DNA of 63,501 nucleotides, counting the filler, from Reclinomonas americana ATCC 50394 (lineage: Eukaryota): the NCBI GenBank assembly GCA_048213135.1. It is 24 parts of 24 records of this genome, joined end to end, with 100 filler letters (N's around TTAATTAATTAA, not from the genome) between each part and the next. Parts side by side here need not be neighbours in the genome. Positions count along the whole stretch, not along the records: positions 11,378 to 13,194 come from AFZH01024575.1; positions 13,295 to 15,881 come from AFZH01024577.1; positions 15,982 to 20,491 come from AFZH01024578.1; 21 more parts are not named here. One strand, 5' to 3'. A program made the translations under genes and the position numbers. The number at the start of each line of letters is the position of its first letter. Position 1 is the stretch's first letter. Shown here in pieces: positions 11,378 through 20,591 of this stretch. Below the pieces are notes generated by a model. That model had not been told where the DNA came from. It saw only the letters and a list, made by a program, of their open reading frames with translations, and searched no databases.

Positions 11378-13194
11378 CGGCACAACATCCTCCACTCGCG
11401 GCTCCACAACATACTCGAACTGCTGCCCAGCACTTCCCACCGTCACTCCGCCGTCATACGTCGCATCAATACTCACAAATCCGGCCTCGTGCGCCACACT
11501 CAAACACTGCCACTGCTCACTGCCTCCAATCCGTCCACCCCCACTCACTCCAGACACACCAAACCGACACGACACAATCTGCCGCAGTCCGTCCGCGACC
11601 TGCACATTCTCCACATGCAGCACCGTTCCTCCACGCGTGTACCCCACAAGTCCCTCCCACCGGCTCGCCACAATGCTCCGCCCGCCACTGTCAACACCAC
11701 TGATGCCATTCACCACACCCACACTCCCACCGCTGCTGCTGCTCACCGTCCCGTTCACCGCCGTCTCCCACACCAGCATCGTCCCACTCACAGACCCCAC
11801 ACTCTGCCGCAGATTGCTCGACACGCTCACCACTCGCGCTCCACCTCGCATCAACGGCGTCACAAACTCAAACATATCTCCACTTCCCTCAACCACACTA
11901 CCACCAATCCACACCTTGCCGTCCACAACCGCATACATCATCGACGCCGCTGCATCGCCCTCCACATCCTCTTCCTCTCCCCACAACCCCTCGCTGTTCG
12001 CCACCGCAATCTGCACCGCCTCTCCTCCCATCCCAAACACACTCCGCCGCGCACTCGTCCCCACTCGCATCGCCGCATGATACGAGTACCACACGCCACT
12101 CTCACCACCCTCAAACTCCGCTCCGTTCCGCGACACACTCACTCGCTGACGCCGTCCACCACTCTCCACACCACTCGCCGCTGCACCACTCGCACACACC
12201 CAAATCCCGCTGCTCACAGCCACCGCACGTCCAGCACCACCTCCCTGCTCGTATCCATCCGCTTCGCCAAACTTGCACCACCCACCTCCCGTCAACTCCG
12301 CACCAACAACCGTCACAAGCGTGCCTCCACTCACCGGTCCGCGGTGCGGAACAACCCCCCGCACCTCCGCCGTCCCGTAGTACTCAAACACCGTCCCATT
12401 CCGACTCATCTCTCCCCGATTCACACTCACTTCAACACTCGCGTACCCCGCCTCGTGCGCCGGACTCACACACTCATACGACACCATCCACATGCCACCG
12501 CTCACAACCATCGCCCGTCCCTCCAGTCCACCGCTCACCCCACCGTCACCAAACTGACACCACACAAGCTGCTCGCCCATGTTCACCGTCGGCCACGCCC
12601 GGCTCGACACCACCGACACGCGTGTGCCTCCCCGCACAGATCCCGCACTGCGACTGCCGCTCCCCAACACACCCTCGTTCGTCACCAACCCACTCACACC
12701 ATCGTCGCTGCCAACCGTCACACTCGCCACACCCCCGTTCGCACTCACACCGCCACCCCTCTCAACAAACCACGCACGCACATCCACGCTCACTTGCGTC
12801 TGCACCGCGACTCGTCCCATCACACACCGCACCTCGTTGCTGCTCACGTACTCCGCACTCACCCACAGCACACCGTTGATCACACACTGCATCTCAACGT
12901 CCCCGCTGAACCACATTCCGCTCACTCGCAGCTCCGCACCACCACGCTCATTCACCACCGCTGACGGCAACGTCACTCCCTCCGTCCGCGGTCGATTCAT
13001 CGCCGCAACAGACTCCGCCCGTGGACGACCCGCACGTCGCTCAATCGCCACTCCGTCCTCCGCCACAAACCCTTCGCCGCTCGCTCCGCGCACATTCAGC
13101 ACCTCTCGCGCCCCACTCCCACTCCCACTCGCAGGCGTCTCACACACTGCAAACCGCGACGACATCCACCGTCCGCTCCCACGATACTCCGCCT
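11378..13194 (-). CDS. Fragment of large IPT/TIG-repeat surface protein (probably the same gene or family as the previous contig)
   Basis: VRGVVPHRGPVSGGTLVTVVG...WCKFG, ECVSPAHEAGYASVEVSVN...FEYY and GSVRGGTRVSV are canonical IPT/TIG repeat motifs. Confidence 0.8.
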
Positions 13195-13294
13195 NNNNNN
13201 NNNNNNNNNNNNNNNNNNNNNNNNNNNNNNNNNNNNNNTTAATTAATTAANNNNNNNNNNNNNNNNNNNNNNNNNNNNNNNNNNNNNNNNNNNN

Positions 13295-13336
13295 CTGCGG
13301 GTCCGTCATGGCCGGCATGACGATGACGTCAGTCAC
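13295..13336 (-). CDS. 5' end of gene translationally coupled to the HTH gene (possible nucleotidyltransferase-type toxin; truncated)
   Basis: GTG at 13336 (VTDVIVMPAMTDPQ) overlaps the HTH stop and is preceded by AGAAGGAAGG. Function is inferred from context only. Confidence 0.45.
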
Positions 13337-13982
13337 GACGACCTTCCTTCTCGAACAGGATCTCCGCCTGCTGGATATCGCGTGCGTCTCCATCCGCGAG
13401 GTCGACCACGACCGCCAGCCAGGGGACGGGGGCCGGCACGGGGCCATCGACGACTCGCAGCGTCACGTTCTCGGGTCCTCGAGCAGGGAGCAGCATGTGC
13501 GTGCGAACCAGGTCATCCCTGTCGCCGGCGTGAACGTAGCCCTCCGCATAGCTCGCTGCGGAGATCCCCGCGCGCCGGTCACTCTTTCCGGAAACCAGGA
13601 ACCGCGGATCCTTCAACAGGCCGGCAGGATCCGGTGCTGACCACCTCGAGGATTCGGCTCGACGCGTAAGCACCGAACGCAGGGCCGGCACAGCATCATC
13701 ACGATCGCGAAACCTGTTCCAACGCATCCGCAGTCGGGAGAGTTCCGAGGGCGACACCCATTCGGGAACCCGACCTTCTGCGAGTTCGATGAACGCCCAG
13801 GCGATTCGCGGACTGAACGGCTGACCTGCACGGCGTGCTGTTGGGCGGAGGCTGGACGCGTCGATCGTCCACTGACGCCCGAGACGCTCACCACTCAGGT
13901 CCCCGGAGAGCAGCATCGCCCTCACGCGCCGCGGCGATACGCCGAGACGCGACGCTGCATCTGCAACCGTGATGAAACTCAT
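13329..13982 (-). CDS. Excisionase-type (HTH_17) DNA-binding protein with extended C-terminal domain; possible type IV (AbiEi-like) antitoxin
   Basis: MSFITVADAASRLGVSPRRVRAMLLSGDLSGERLGRQWTID is an excisionase HTH. The C-terminus EGYV...NVTLRVV...VVVDLADGDARD resembles AbiEi-like antitoxin domains. Confidence 0.75.
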   Translation of the reverse strand: MSFITVADAASRLGVSPRRVRAMLLSGDLSGERLGRQWTIDASSLRPTARRAGQPFSPRIAWAFIELAEGRVPEWVSPSELSRLRMRWNRFRDRDDAVPALRSVLTRRAESSRWSAPDPAGLLKDPRFLVSGKSDRRAGISAASYAEGYVHAGDRDDLVRTHMLLPARGPENVTLRVVDGPVPAPVPWLAVVVDLADGDARDIQQAEILFEKEGRRD

Positions 13983-13984
13983 GA

Positions 13985-14020
13985 ACAGTATTATTCCGCT
14001 ATCGGAATAATACTGTCAAT
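13985..14020 (-). promoter_or_regulatory. Perfect 14-bp inverted repeat operator overlapping a sigma70-type leaderless promoter of the HTH gene
   Basis: ACAGTATTATTCCG-ctat-CGGAATAATACTGT (13985-14016). On the minus strand it reads TTGACA-N18-AATAAT-N7-ATG with no RBS. Confidence 0.8.
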
Positions 14021-15498
14021 CAGTTCAATGAAGGAACCGACCGCATGCTCGCGCGGATGAGGTCGTGCTGACGACGCACCAGGACGAGCGGATCGACCTC
14101 GCCGAGCTCCGCGAAGGCGTGGCCCTCCCACTCGCTCGACCAGTACCCGCGGTACCCGCCCTCGACGAAGACGCGCACGAGCTCGGGATAGTCGATCGCC
14201 GGCTCCTGCCCGTGCTCGTCGATGTCATAGAACTTCGCGTGCACGTGCAGGATCTGCGGCATGATGTCGGCCCACTCCTGCGGGGCGACGTGGCCGTGCA
14301 TGTTGAACGCGAGATGGGCGAACGAGCCGAGCCGTCCCGGATCGAAGTCGCGTCCGCGGAGGTAGCCAATGAACTCCTCCTGACGCTCGCGCATCGTGGC
14401 ATCCGTCGCCCAGATCTCCTGCAAGCGGGCAACAGCCTCGTCGTCGAGCCCCGCGCGTCGGACGGCGCGAAGCAGGGTCGGCGACATGGCGTGCATGGTC
14501 GATGAGAAGTCGGCGACGAAGCCGAGCAGCGGCGAGTCGAGCTCGGCGTAGGTCTCGCGCACCTTGAGGATCGGCTCGGAGTTCGGGCCCATCGGCGCGT
14601 GGATCTCGTAGGCCAGCTTCAGCTCGAGATCCTCCGCGATCGGCAGCAGGCGACGCAGCAGCTCCGGCTTCGCGCTCTGGATCCGCACGAGCGGGAAGCC
14701 GAGCCGCTTCGCCCCGGCGAACATGAGCTTCGAGAACTCGAACTCCTCTTCCGGGGTCATGTCTCGATCGCGACGCCTGCCCATGTCGAGGTTCGCGCCG
14801 AAGGAGCTGGCGTCGAAGCCGTGCTTGTCGAAGGCCGCGCGCCACCGGGTGACGAAGTCGTCCGACACCACCGGGTAGGTCGGGACCATCTGCGAGGCGA
14901 CGATCTCGATGCCGGGACCGATGCCCAGTTCGGCGACGCGGTCGAGCAGGCCGTCGAAGTCGTACCAGCCCGCGCGGAACTCCGCGCTCGCGGAGTACAG
15001 CGTGAGCCCCAGCTGGAACGGGTCGGCGTCCGTCGCGGGCGGAGGCGGTGTCACATCGCTGACCAGCGCGGGAGCGGGAGCATCGGCATCCGTCACGGTC
15101 AAGGTGTGGACGTCGCGCACGAAGTTCGGCACGTACATGCCGGGACCGCCGTCTTCGCCGGGCGCGATCTGCATGTACGGCAGCCGCAGCTGACCGATCA
15201 GTGCCACCTCGTGCTCGTCGCCGAGAGCGACCGGAGCGTCGCGGCGCACGATGAGCAGGGGATGCTCCTGCAGGTACCAGAGCGTCTCGCTCTGGTCGGC
15301 GAGCTCGTCGAGGGCGTACGAGCGCTCGTGTAGTTCGAGACGCAGATCGTCCTGCGCGATCTCCTCGCCGTCGATCGTGAGAGCGAGGCTCGTCACCGAT
15401 GAGAGCCAGAGGCTGCGATACCAGGGCAGCGTGAGCCGCAGGGCGAGGCCGTCGGGGTGCGGGCGCAGGCTGTCGGCGTGGATGAGTCCGTTGGGCAT
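14020..15498 (-). CDS. C-glycoside deglycosidase: beta subunit (DUF6379-like) fused to alpha subunit (xylose-isomerase-like TIM barrel)
   Basis: N-terminus LRLTLPWYRSLWLSSV...W...LRLPYM resembles DgpB/CarC. After a Pro-rich linker come GLTLYS...GIEIV...YEIHAP...FVADFS...HVHAKFY...SSEWEG...RQH, as in DgpC/CarB. A GAGGAG RBS precedes ATG 15498. Confidence 0.8.
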   Translation of the reverse strand: MPNGLIHADSLRPHPDGLALRLTLPWYRSLWLSSVTSLALTIDGEEIAQDDLRLELHERSYALDELADQSETLWYLQEHPLLIVRRDAPVALGDEHEVALIGQLRLPYMQIAPGEDGGPGMYVPNFVRDVHTLTVTDADAPAPALVSDVTPPPPATDADPFQLGLTLYSASAEFRAGWYDFDGLLDRVAELGIGPGIEIVASQMVPTYPVVSDDFVTRWRAAFDKHGFDASSFGANLDMGRRRDRDMTPEEEFEFSKLMFAGAKRLGFPLVRIQSAKPELLRRLLPIAEDLELKLAYEIHAPMGPNSEPILKVRETYAELDSPLLGFVADFSSTMHAMSPTLLRAVRRAGLDDEAVARLQEIWATDATMRERQEEFIGYLRGRDFDPGRLGSFAHLAFNMHGHVAPQEWADIMPQILHVHAKFYDIDEHGQEPAIDYPELVRVFVEGGYRGYWSSEWEGHAFAELGEVDPLVLVRRQHDLIRASMRSVPSLN

Positions 15499-15506
15499 GA
15501 TGCTCC

Positions 15507-15881
15507 TCAGAGGGCGTCGACGGTCTGGCGGATGAGGGAGTGCTGGCGGCGGATCTGCTCGACCGAACGCCACGGGATGCGGTCGCCTTCGTACTCGCTC
15601 GAGAGGTAGCCCGTGTACCCGGCGTCACGAAGAGCGCGCAGCACCGGCTCCCAGGGGATCTGCTGGTCCACGAGCTCATCGTCGATGTCGTGGAACTTGG
15701 CCTGGATGAAGACGACGTGCTCGATGATGTCGAAGACGTCGGCGGGATCGACGCCGATGCCGTCGAGGAACGCCGGCCGCCGCCCCGGGAGTTCACCGGG
15801 CTTCAGCGGGATCGGCCGGTCCTGGAAGATGCCCGTGTCGAGCAGCAGCCCGAAGTGCTTCGTGCCGGTGCGGCGGATCAG
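15507..15881 (-). CDS. Second C-glycoside deglycosidase alpha-type TIM-barrel protein, C-terminal part
   Basis: Translated by hand: LIRRTGTKHFGLLLDTGIFQ...VVFIQAKFHDIDDELVDQQIPWEPVLRALRDAGYTGYLSSEYEGDRIPWRSVEQIRRQHSLIRQTVDAL*. Confidence 0.8.
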   Translation of the reverse strand: MIRRTGTKHFGLLLDTGIFQDRPIPLKPGELPGRRPAFLDGIGVDPADVFDIIEHVVFIQAKFHDIDDELVDQQIPWEPVLRALRDAGYTGYLSSEYEGDRIPWRSVEQIRRQHSLIRQTVDAL

Positions 15882-15981
15882 NNNNNNNNNNNNNNNNNNN
15901 NNNNNNNNNNNNNNNNNNNNNNNNNTTAATTAATTAANNNNNNNNNNNNNNNNNNNNNNNNNNNNNNNNNNNNNNNNNNNN

Positions 15982-17417
15982 AAGTCCGTGACGGCGGTGT
16001 TGCCGACGGGTGGCTTCTCCGGGCACAACACCAGGAAACCGTCGTCGTAGCCGCCTGCCTCGGGCTTCTTGGCCATTCTGTGGGACCACAGACGGCGGTG
16101 CTGAGCGCGTGAACGATGAAGGAAGAAAAAGACATTTGGCGCGCGACAAACCTGGCCTTGCGAATGGCGTCGGCCACGGCAGACTTGGGCCTCTTCTCAC
16201 CGGCCGCTGTCGCCGACGTCGGAGTAACGCCTGAGGATGCCGATTCACTGCCACTGCTGGTGCTGTTGTGGCCACCCTCCAGGACGGTGCGTGCCGTCCC
16301 GGCCAGTGTGTTCCTCACACTGCACCGAGAGAGAAGTAATGAGCTGTGCGGTCTCTCCGCAGCGCACACCATCGCGAGAGTATACGCACCGTGCGCCAAT
16401 GTCCGCAAACACCTTCTCGCCCTTGACAAACGCCTCGCGTGCCGCCGAGCGCACGTCAGCCGACGCGTCCGCCAATGCCGTGCCAAAGGCCTCAAAGAGC
16501 ATCTCGCCCACGGCGTCGCCACTCGACGGCGCCATGGCCAGCGCCAGCGCCTCGATGCTGCGACGGCGAATCATGCTGAACGCAAGAACACACACACACA
16601 CGTGAGTGGAGGAGTGTCACGATTTGCGCGTCGTGTCAGTTTGGGCGACGCAACGCATGAGCTGCGCGGCAGCCGTCCAGCAGCGACAGGAGACTCGGGC
16701 CCTCCACCAACGGCGACAATGCGCGCGCCGTGTGATGCAGACATGCCAGGCCGCTGTCGGCCATCACCTGTGCGTTTGCTGAGGGTGTGAGACACACCAT
16801 GCATAACTTGTGAATAGCAGCAGCAGAATAACAAACCTGAGTCGTCTTGCACGTGAGCGACAGCAATGCGGGAATGAACAGCGGTGCCGTGTCGCGCAAG
16901 TCGTCCTGTGTCAACGCATCGACCAGTGCCGTGGCCGCCGTACATGACGACTTGACCACCGTCGACCGCAAGTTGTCCATCTGCAACTTAAAATCAGCAA
17001 CAGCAAAAGAATACACCGCGCAAGGCCAACAGCAGTCCGCACCCTCCGGCACAGCGGCTCCACGACACTCGCCACATCCGCGCTGCTCATGCGCCCACCC
17101 TGCACGCGCACTCGCTCCATAATGCCCTCACACCCCGCAATCCACTGCTTCCAGTCCTCGCTCAGCAGCGCCTGCACCACTCGGCCCGCCCACTCGCCCT
17201 CATCCGCCACATCAATCCGCTCAAACACCGCAGGCGACGCAGCCGGCGACGCCTCAGACATCTCACTGCTGCACACATCGCTGCTGCCTCCACACGGCGC
17301 ATCGTCGCCGCGACGACGACGCGATGAGGGAGGGCCCATTGAGGAGGCCGACTGAGGAGTTGTTGTTGTTGTTGTGGTCGTTGTTGTTGTTGTCGACTCA
17401 TCAGTGACGATCTCCAT
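15982..17417 (-). CDS. CLASP-N/TOG (HEAT-repeat) microtubule-associated protein, multi-exon, 3' truncated
   Basis: Exons translate to ...EDWKQWIAGCE...PLCRR|MDNLRSTVVKSSCTA...LFIPALLSLTCKTTQ|VMADSGLACL...ALADASADVRSAAREAF, separated by short GT-AG introns. Confidence 0.75.
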
Positions 17418-17820
17418 GGGATCTTTGTTGAGCTTGCGACTGACTGAGCGTGTCACTGGGCGACTGTGTGTGTGCGTGCGTGTGTTAGTCTTGAGCAACT
17501 GTGTGCGTGTGTGTGTCCAAGTGTGGCCACTGACCGGGTGTCGACGGGTGGAGTGGATGACGGACCGGCTGTTGACATGTGAGCGTGCGTGAAGCGTGCG
17601 TGCGGGCGAGTGTGAAGATAGAGTTTGATGGAAATCTGACCGTTTGGCGCGTATATTCACCCGGCCCGACGTCGCATCATTCGCTTTCACTCTGTCGTAC
17701 TCCTCGCGTATTAACGCAGGAGAGAGATAGCACCTTGACAGACGCGAGCGTACAAGGAAAGAGCGCAAACTGAAAGCAAACTGATGCCGACGTCGAGGAC
17801 AAGCTGATATCTCGACATCA

Positions 17821-18955
17821 ATGCGCATGCTCTCGTCGTCTGCCTTTGCTGCCAAGGGGCGTCTGTGCGGACTCGATCACGCGCTGATCGGAGTCAGCGA
17901 TCTGGAAGCTGCGCGGAAGAGCTTTGAGCGACTGGGATTCACTGCGGCCTGGCGCGGCATTCACAACAAGTTCCGCGCGCGCTCGTGCCCACCGTTCACA
18001 ACCTCGCCTGTCTCACATGCGCTGGCAGTTGGGGCACCGGTAACTATTGCATCATGATGCCATCGGGTCGCGATTATGTGAGTCCTGATCGCGATCGATC
18101 GCTCTTCTTGTTGTTGTCGAGCGCTCACTGCTTGCAGATTGAGCTGTTGGGCATTGTCGATCCGAGTCGCTTCACTAACAACTTGGACACGTTTCTGCGC
18201 GATCGCGGTCCGGGATTGCTGAGCTTGGCGCTGGCCACTGATGACAGCACGGCGACAGCGGAACGATGGCGTGCAGCTGGTGTACAGTTTGAGGGTACGC
18301 GCGTCGCCAGTGTGTGTACGTGCGATGGCGAGCTCAATGTGCGTGCGGAGCAGGACCAAAGGAGCTCGGAAGGCAGTACGACGGGCAGCCGGCGTCCACG
18401 TGGCCGCTCTTTCAGCTGGCATACCCGGCGGCGGCATCGACTGCACCGCTGCGTGCGTTTGTGTGTGCGCACTTGACGCGGGAGCTGGTGTGGAAGCCCG
18501 AGTGGATGCAGCATCGCAACACGGCGCAGAGCATTGCTAGTGTGACGCTGGTCATGGCCGACGAGGCGCATGCGGCGCTTCGTCGTGATCATGCCGCGCT
18601 GGCGTCTCGGTTGGCGCGATTGACCGGTGGCGACGAGTCGCACGTGGTGGAACTGATGAGTGGCAGTGATGACGTGGTGCTGCATCTGGGCGACCTGGCC
18701 TTTTGCGTGGTCGTGCAGTCGGCGCAGCGATTCGCGACCGTGCACGGGCAGGCGGCGGTGCGGAGGGAGCTTCTCGGCGCCGACAAGGAGCCGTGGATGG
18801 CCGCCATGCAAATACGAGTGGCGTCGCTGGATGCTGTGCGGCAGACGCTACGCGCCGCCAGTGTGCCGTTTGTCGAGCGTGGGCAGGTGATTGAGCTGAC
18901 CGCGCCAGGCGCCGCCGATGCGTGTGGTGTCGTGCTCTCCTTTGTGGCGTCATGA
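17821..18955 (+). CDS. Glyoxalase-like (VOC, Glyoxalase_3-type) protein with three ~60-nt introns (17970-18028, 18078-18137, 18295-18353)
   Basis: Spliced: GLDHALIGVSDLEAARKSFERLGF...GIHNN|WGTGNYCIMM..DY|IELLGIVDP...GPGLLSLALATDD...|GPKEL...FVCAHLTRELVWKPEWMQHRNTAQSI. All junctions are GT..AG and frame-restoring. Confidence 0.88.
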
Positions 18956-18991
18956 AAAGAATAAAAAGAACGGCACCTCTCCGTTCATTTG

Positions 18992-19321
18992 CTACCTCCG
19001 CAGACTAGTCAGAGCCGGCAGGGACGCGGTGAATGAGTACGACGACATGACACCGCTCGACGCCTTGCTCGACACTGAGCTGGCGTCGTCGTCCGAGTAG
19101 GCGACAGAACTACTCCGACTACCGGCAGCACTTCCGCCGCCGCGACTGGACGATCGACTCGGTGGCCCCGACGACGACGATGCTCCGCCCCCGTTCCGCC
19201 GACTCGTCGTCATCACCGGTGCTGGTGGCTGGGGGGCCGTGTCAAACGCCGCCACGGCCTGCGTGAGTCGTGACCATTGCCTTTCGCGGCACAACCGTGC
19301 ACAGCGCGCCAGCAGTGCGCT
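18992..19321 (-). CDS. Terminal exon of unidentified eukaryotic gene (Ser-rich), convergent with the glyoxalase-like gene
   Basis: A CAG acceptor follows a long pyrimidine tract, then SALLARCARLCRERQWSRLTQAVAAF...PALTSLRR*. Confidence 0.5.
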   Translation of the reverse strand, partial: SALLARCARLCRERQWSRLTQAVAAFDTAPQPPAPVMTTSRRNGGGASSSSGPPSRSSSRGGGSAAGSRSSSVAYSDDDASSVSSKASSGVMSSYSFTASLPALTSLRR

Positions 19322-19329
19322 CTGTGGGA

Positions 19330-19650
19330 GGGGAGAGGGGAGAGAGAGAGGGTGAGGGAGGAAGGGAGGGTGAGGGAGGGAGGGGGGGAGGGGGAGGAAG
19401 GGAGGAAGGGAGGGAGAGGGAGGGTGAAGGGGAGGGAGGGAGGGAAGGGAGAAGGAGAGAAGGAGGAGGGAGAGAAGAGGGAAGAGGGAGAGATATAGGG
19501 AGGAAGGGAGGGAGAGAGAGAGGAAGCAAGAGAGCGGGAGAACGGAAGCGAATGAGAGACAGAGGGAGGGAGGGAATGAGAGATAGATGGACAGAGGTGG
19601 CGAGACAGACGGACAGAGGAAGAAGGAGAGAAAGGGAAAGGGAAAGGGAA

Positions 19651-19720
<70 letters not shown>

Positions 19721-20458
19721 CGAGGGCAAGAGAAAGAGAAAGAGACGGCGAGAAAGCAAGAGAGAGCCGCAGATTGATGAAACACCGCAATAGACAGTGA
19801 GAAGATACAGACGAGACAGAGGGTGACAAGTCGGGGGAGACAGCGGGCGATGAAACACAGAGACAGCACAGCAAGTTGACAGAGAAGCACACGGAGGGGG
19901 AGTCAGAAAGGTAGACAGCGTGAAAGTGTGGTCGCAGTGAGACATTTCAGGAAACGGGAACACAGAGAGAGAGAGGAGGGGGGGAGGGGGAGGGAGAGAG
20001 GGAGAGAGGGAGAGATAAGGACACAGCGATTAGAAACAGAGATAAATGTGTGTTGTGAAGAGCAAAGCAGAACATGGTGATTGCAGGCGCATGACGGGTC
20101 AACACATGCGCTTTCATGACACTCTCACCCTGCGCTCAAGAGTGTGAGGCATGCGGGGAGAGTGAGAGGCAAGTGGATGAGAGTTAAGAAGGGAGAGAGC
20201 GAGAGTGAGAGAGGGGGGGAGAGTGAGAAAGAGAGAATGAGGCGAGAAAAGGGGAGAGAGAGAGAGAAAGAGAGAGCGAGAGGGAGAGAAGTGGAAAGAG
20301 AGCACAGAAAGAGACAGCTGGGGGAGTGGACACACACAGAGAAAAGCATGAGTCGTAAAGAATCAAGCACACGCACGAAAAGTGACAAGACAATGCACGA
20401 CACATCGACACATAATCATCAATGCATAACGCACTCTCTCATTGCACACACTCCCTCA

Positions 20459-20489
<31 letters not shown>

Positions 20490-20491
20490 CT
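19330..20491. repeat. Polypurine low-complexity intronic tract with (AG)n microsatellite (~19665-19718) and (CT)n at the contig end
   Basis: Directly visible. Confidence 0.9.
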
Positions 20492-20591
20492 NNNNNNNNN
20501 NNNNNNNNNNNNNNNNNNNNNNNNNNNNNNNNNNNTTAATTAATTAANNNNNNNNNNNNNNNNNNNNNNNNNNNNNNNNNNNNNNNNNNNN

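Noticed and set aside
9620..13250. Long Pro/Thr/His-rich plus-strand ORFs (569 aa, 491 aa)
   Set aside because: They are antisense shadows of the G/T-rich IPT/TIG coding strand.
13329..13982. Prophage or ICE excisionase marking an integrated element
   Set aside because: No integrase or att site is visible, and the protein is much longer than a simple Xis.
14225..15796. Long alternative-frame ORFs in high-GC contigs (also 28546-29769, 30114-31322, 38035-40072, 53875-55149)
   Set aside because: They are shadow ORFs overlapping well-supported genes, as expected from high GC3.
19213..20539. Leu/Ser- and Arg/Glu-rich ORFs (also 4622-6236)
   Set aside because: They are translations of polypurine/polypyrimidine intron and microsatellite DNA.
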